Assembly (NCBI GenBank): GCA_963662795.1
Contig: OY759746.1
Span: 1,344,001-1,408,000, forward strand
Reading direction: 5' to 3'
DNA length: 64,000 nt
Source of the DNA: Spirochaetia bacterium
Lineage (GTDB): Bacteria; Spirochaetota; Spirochaetia; CADAEX01
Below the pieces are notes generated by a model. The model was not told where the DNA came from and did no database searches. It worked only from the letters and a program-made list of their open reading frames with translations. A program made the translations under genes and the position numbers. Shown piece by piece: positions 60,364 through 64,000 of the stretch (positions are counted from its first letter, which is position 1; every line of letters starts with the position of its first letter).

Positions 60364-62283
60364 TCAGACATCAAGGTTGGCAACAGCCAGGGCATTATCC
60401 TCAATAAATTTTCTTCTCGGTTCAACATTCTCGCCCATGAGAGTAGTAAAAATAGCGTCTGCCTCAACGAAATCATCAAGCCTTATCTGCATAACGCTTC
60501 TTGTCTCAGGATTCATGGTTGTTTCCCAGAGCTGATCCGGATTCATCTCACCGAGACCCTTATACCGCTGAACATTTATTTTTTCTTCAGCCACCTTAAG
60601 CTCTTCCTTGATCATTTTCATATATATGTTTTTTTCATCTTCGTTATAGGCGTATTTTATAATCTTTCCATAACCTATTTTAAAGAGAGGCGGCATTGCT
60701 ATGTAAACATGTCCTTTTTCAACAAGTTCTTTCATATATCTGAAAAAGAAGGTAAGAAGAAGTGTTCTGATGTGGGAACCGTCTACATCGGCATCCGCCA
60801 TTATAATTACCTTGTTATATCTTAATTTGGAAACATCAAACTCGGTTCCAACGCTTGTACCAAGGGTATTTATAATCGGCAGGAGTTTTTCATTTCCAAT
60901 TACCTTGTCAAGCCTTGTTTTTTCAACATTGAGCATCTTTCCCCAAAGGGGCAGAATAGCCTGAAACTGCCGGTCTCTTCCCTGTTTAGCGCTGCCGCCT
61001 GCCGAGTCTCCCTCAACAATGTAAACTTCACACTTTTCAGGATCCTTTTCGCTGCAGTCTGCAAGTTTTCCCGGCATTCCGGTGCTTTCAAGGAAGCTTT
61101 TACGTCTTGTAAGCTCTTTGGCCTTGCGTGCAGCAAGCCGCGCTTTAGCCGCGTTTAAAACCTTATCAAGTATCTTTTCAAGTACTGCCGGATTTTCCTC
61201 AAAATAGGCTGTAAGCGATTCATTAACAAGCGATTCAACAATCCCTTTGACATCAGAATTGCCGAGCTTTGCCTTGGTCTGTCCTTCGAACTGGGGTTCT
61301 GGTATTTTTATGGAAATTACAGCAGTAATTCCTTCCCTTACATCTTCTCCCGACAGCGGCTCTTCCATTTTTTTGGCAAATTTGGATTTCTTAAGGAAAT
61401 CATTAAAAACCCTTGTCAGTGCCGATTTAAGACCAGCAAGATGTGTTCCGCCCTCTCTTGTGTTAATATTGTTTACAAAAGAGAAAATGCTTTCCACATA
61501 TCCGTCATTATACTCAAGAGCAAGCTCAACTTCGGTGCTGTCCTTTGTTCCTGTAATATAAATCGGTTCTTTATCTATTGTTGTCTTGTTCTTATTGAGG
61601 TAGCTGACAAAGGATTTTACTCCCCCTTCAAAGTGAAATTCATGTTCCTTGATTGTCGGAAGGCGTAAATCCTTTATGGTTATTTTTACATTTTTATTTA
61701 AAAATGCAAGTTCCCTCAGTCTGTTGGAAAGGATATCAAAACTGAAAATATCTGTTTCAAAGATACTCATATCAGGTGAAAACCTGACAACAGTCCCTCT
61801 TTTATCTGTATCTCCGATTATTTCAACGCTTTTATCAGGTATTCCTATTTTATAGCTCTGGAAGTATCTTTTTCCGTCGAGGTGTACCTCAACAGACATC
61901 CATGTACAGAGGGCATTAACGACAGAAGCGCCGACACCGTGAAGGCCTCCTGAAACCTTGTAGCTGTTTTTTTCAAATTTACCACCTGCATGAAGGTGGG
62001 TCATTACAACCTCTAGCGCGCTTACATTCTCGGCATGATGCAAATCAACAGGAATACCCCTTCCGTTGTCCGTAACCTTTATTACATTTCCCTTTTCTAT
62101 TTCAACATCAATCTGGTCGCAATACCCTGCCAGGGCCTCATCAATACTGTTGTCTACAATTTCATATACCAGGTGATGAAGACCGTCAGGACCTGTGGAA
62201 CCTATGTACATTCCCGGCCGTTTACGGACAGCCTCAAGTCCTTTCAGAACCTGTATATTTTGAGCAGAGTATTTGTCATCCAT
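60364..62283 (-). CDS. gyrB: DNA gyrase subunit B (start ATG 62283)
   Basis: [32 protein letters not shown]. Confidence 0.98.
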   Translation of the reverse strand: MDDKYSAQNIQVLKGLEAVRKRPGMYIGSTGPDGLHHLVYEIVDNSIDEALAGYCDQIDVEIEKGNVIKVTDNGRGIPVDLHHAENVSALEVVMTHLHAGGKFEKNSYKVSGGLHGVGASVVNALCTWMSVEVHLDGKRYFQSYKIGIPDKSVEIIGDTDKRGTVVRFSPDMSIFETDIFSFDILSNRLRELAFLNKNVKITIKDLRLPTIKEHEFHFEGGVKSFVSYLNKNKTTIDKEPIYITGTKDSTEVELALEYNDGYVESIFSFVNNINTREGGTHLAGLKSALTRVFNDFLKKSKFAKKMEEPLSGEDVREGITAVISIKIPEPQFEGQTKAKLGNSDVKGIVESLVNESLTAYFEENPAVLEKILDKVLNAAKARLAARKAKELTRRKSFLESTGMPGKLADCSEKDPEKCEVYIVEGDSAGGSAKQGRDRQFQAILPLWGKMLNVEKTRLDKVIGNEKLLPIINTLGTSVGTEFDVSKLRYNKVIIMADADVDGSHIRTLLLTFFFRYMKELVEKGHVYIAMPPLFKIGYGKIIKYAYNEDEKNIYMKMIKEELKVAEEKINVQRYKGLGEMNPDQLWETTMNPETRSVMQIRLDDFVEADAIFTTLMGENVEPRRKFIEDNALAVANLDV

Positions 62284-62328
62284 TTTTTGCTTACCTGATT
62301 TTAATTGAATAATTTGCAATACTGCAAA

Positions 62329-62357
62329 AGTATATATTTTTATCTTGCAAATAGCAA
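62329..62357 (-). promoter_or_regulatory. gyrB promoter
   Basis: TTGCTA-17-TATACT. Confidence 0.55.
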
Positions 62358-62399
62358 CTCTTTCATAATAAACTTTGGCAATGCCCAAAAATCTGAAAA

Positions 62400-62671
62400 A
62401 GAGTATTCTATTTTTGACAAACCTGATATAGAATAATTTGATAACCTGTGGATAAAAAAAAGAACAATATGGAGTTTTTGGAAAAAATACATATTATTTA
62501 TAATTTATTATATCCTACAGGGTTAGTTTACAATTAACTTGTTATAATATAAAGATTTATTGCTTTATTACATTTTTTTACCTTAATAAGAATAAAATTT
62601 TTTACAATAGCTATATTTTAAAACAATCAGCTTCTTTGTGGATAAGTTGTTGATAACCTGCGGAGTAACAG
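62400..62671. promoter_or_regulatory. dnaA upstream region with DnaA boxes (oriC-associated)
   Basis: TGTGGATAA at 62447-62455 and 62637-62645, TGTTGATAA at 62648-62656, AT-rich core. Confidence 0.75.
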
Positions 62672-64000
62672 ATGGAATCATGGGATTATGAGATTTTCTG
62701 GAAAGAATCTGTAAATCAGATAAGAAATTCAATCTCAAAAGAAGAATTTACAATGTGGTTTAACAATATTACATACTCTTCATCATCCGAAAACATAATT
62801 GTCCTCTCAGTCCCGTCCAATTTCTTTATGGATCAGATAAAACAGAGATATATTTCACTTATTACAGAAACAATGGAAGAACTATCCGGAAACAGAATCG
62901 CTGTTACATTTACAGTAAAAAAGAATGATACGGAAAAAAAAGAAAAATCTTCCAGGGAAAAAAAGGGACAGCAGGAAAACGTTAAAGAAAAACAAATCCC
63001 GGAAAAACATCCTGACCTGAGGGAAGATTATTCATTTGAAACCTTTGTAATCGGAGAAAATAATTCATTTGCAGCAAACGCGGCCCTTGCCATATCCAAC
63101 AACCCGGGTAAGGCATACAATCCTTTTTTGATTTACGGAGGTGTAGGACTCGGAAAAACACACCTTCTCCAGGCAATAGGTCATGCCATTCATGATAAAT
63201 CGGAAGCCAAAAAAAAGGTTGTGTTTGTTACAGCTGAAAATTTTACAAATGAGTTTGTCAATTCCCTGCAGAAAAACAAGCCGCATGTTTTCAAGAACAA
63301 ATACAGGTCTGTAGACCTCCTTCTGATTGACGATATCCATTTTTTCCAGAACAAGGAGGGGCTGCAGGAAGAGCTTTTCCATACATTCAACGCCCTTTAC
63401 GGATCCAAAAAACAGATGGTATTTACCTGCGACAGGCCTGTGTCTGAACTCAGAAATATTACAGACAGAATGAAAAGCAGGTTCGAAATGGGTCTTAATG
63501 TCGAGCTTAACCCCCCGAACTTTGAAACAAGATTCGCGATTCTTAAAAACAAGGTCGAATCACTCGGTATAAAAATCTCGGATGATATTCTCGAACTCAT
63601 TGCCCAGAATATAACCTCTAATGTACGTGACATAGAATCCGCCCTTATTAAGCTTGTTGCATACGCTGAGCTTGTAAACAGAAAGATAACAAAGGAAATA
63701 GCCCAGCAGCAGCTTATTGATGTTTTTACAACCTCAAGGCAGAGCAATGTTTCAATAGATATTATACAGAAAAAGGTTGCTGAATATTTCAATTTGTCCC
63801 ATATAGACTTAAGAGGAAGAAAAAGAACAAAAGCGGTAGCATTTCCGCGCCAGGTTGCCATGTATATAACAAGGGAGCTTACGGAGTATTCAACAACAGA
63901 GATCGGATCTGATTTTGGAGGAAGGGACCATACTACAGTCATGCATGCAATACAGAAGATTGAAGGAAGCCTTAAATCAGATCCTACAATGGAACCTGTA
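62672..64000 (+). CDS. dnaA: Chromosomal replication initiator DnaA (partial, runs off the window)
   Basis: Frame from ATG 62672: YNPFLIYGGVGLGKTHLL, LLIDDIHF, ELFHTFN, FPRQVAMY, FGGRDHTTVMHA. Confidence 0.98.
   Translation, partial: MESWDYEIFWKESVNQIRNSISKEEFTMWFNNITYSSSSENIIVLSVPSNFFMDQIKQRYISLITETMEELSGNRIAVTFTVKKNDTEKKEKSSREKKGQQENVKEKQIPEKHPDLREDYSFETFVIGENNSFAANAALAISNNPGKAYNPFLIYGGVGLGKTHLLQAIGHAIHDKSEAKKKVVFVTAENFTNEFVNSLQKNKPHVFKNKYRSVDLLLIDDIHFFQNKEGLQEELFHTFNALYGSKKQMVFTCDRPVSELRNITDRMKSRFEMGLNVELNPPNFETRFAILKNKVESLGIKISDDILELIAQNITSNVRDIESALIKLVAYAELVNRKITKEIAQQQLIDVFTTSRQSNVSIDIIQKKVAEYFNLSHIDLRGRKRTKAVAFPRQVAMYITRELTEYSTTEIGSDFGGRDHTTVMHAIQKIEGSLKSDPTMEPV

Noticed and set aside
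62982-63942. Minus-strand ORFs at the right end
   Set aside because: Antisense to dnaA

Overview
Core chromosomal segment of a Spirochaetota bacterium, most likely a free-living Spirochaetia member. Evidence: class I LysRS, tRNA-Arg(GCG), the lptCAB-rpoN-hpf order, and parAB/gyrAB divergent from dnaA. The window ends at the origin region: parAB, a perfect parS, gyrAB, an AT-rich spacer with DnaA boxes, and a dnaA ORF running off the right edge (missing from the ORF track). It also holds six tRNAs (all four Ser isoacceptors, Arg-GCG, Leu-CAG), SRP RNA, cheRB, two MCPs, two GGDEF proteins and one cNMP-HD-GYP protein. An accessory-looking block at about 36-42 kb carries a small RHH-like/CxxC gene, brnQ, an MBL hydrolase and a decayed DUF362/polyferredoxin operon. 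No CRISPR array, prophage or IS element is visible. The best unexplained signals are: (1) a self-contained ~255-nt transcription unit between era and clpP with GGA-rich hairpins and two SD-led micro-ORFs; (2) a promoter-driven rod-like RNA upstream of rpoN; (3) the RHH-CxxC/brnQ/MBL operon with candidate operators; (4) recurrent leaderless promoter architecture; (5) a possible uORF/anti-SD switch before yitJ. All calls come from reading motifs by eye; no searches or folding programs were run.
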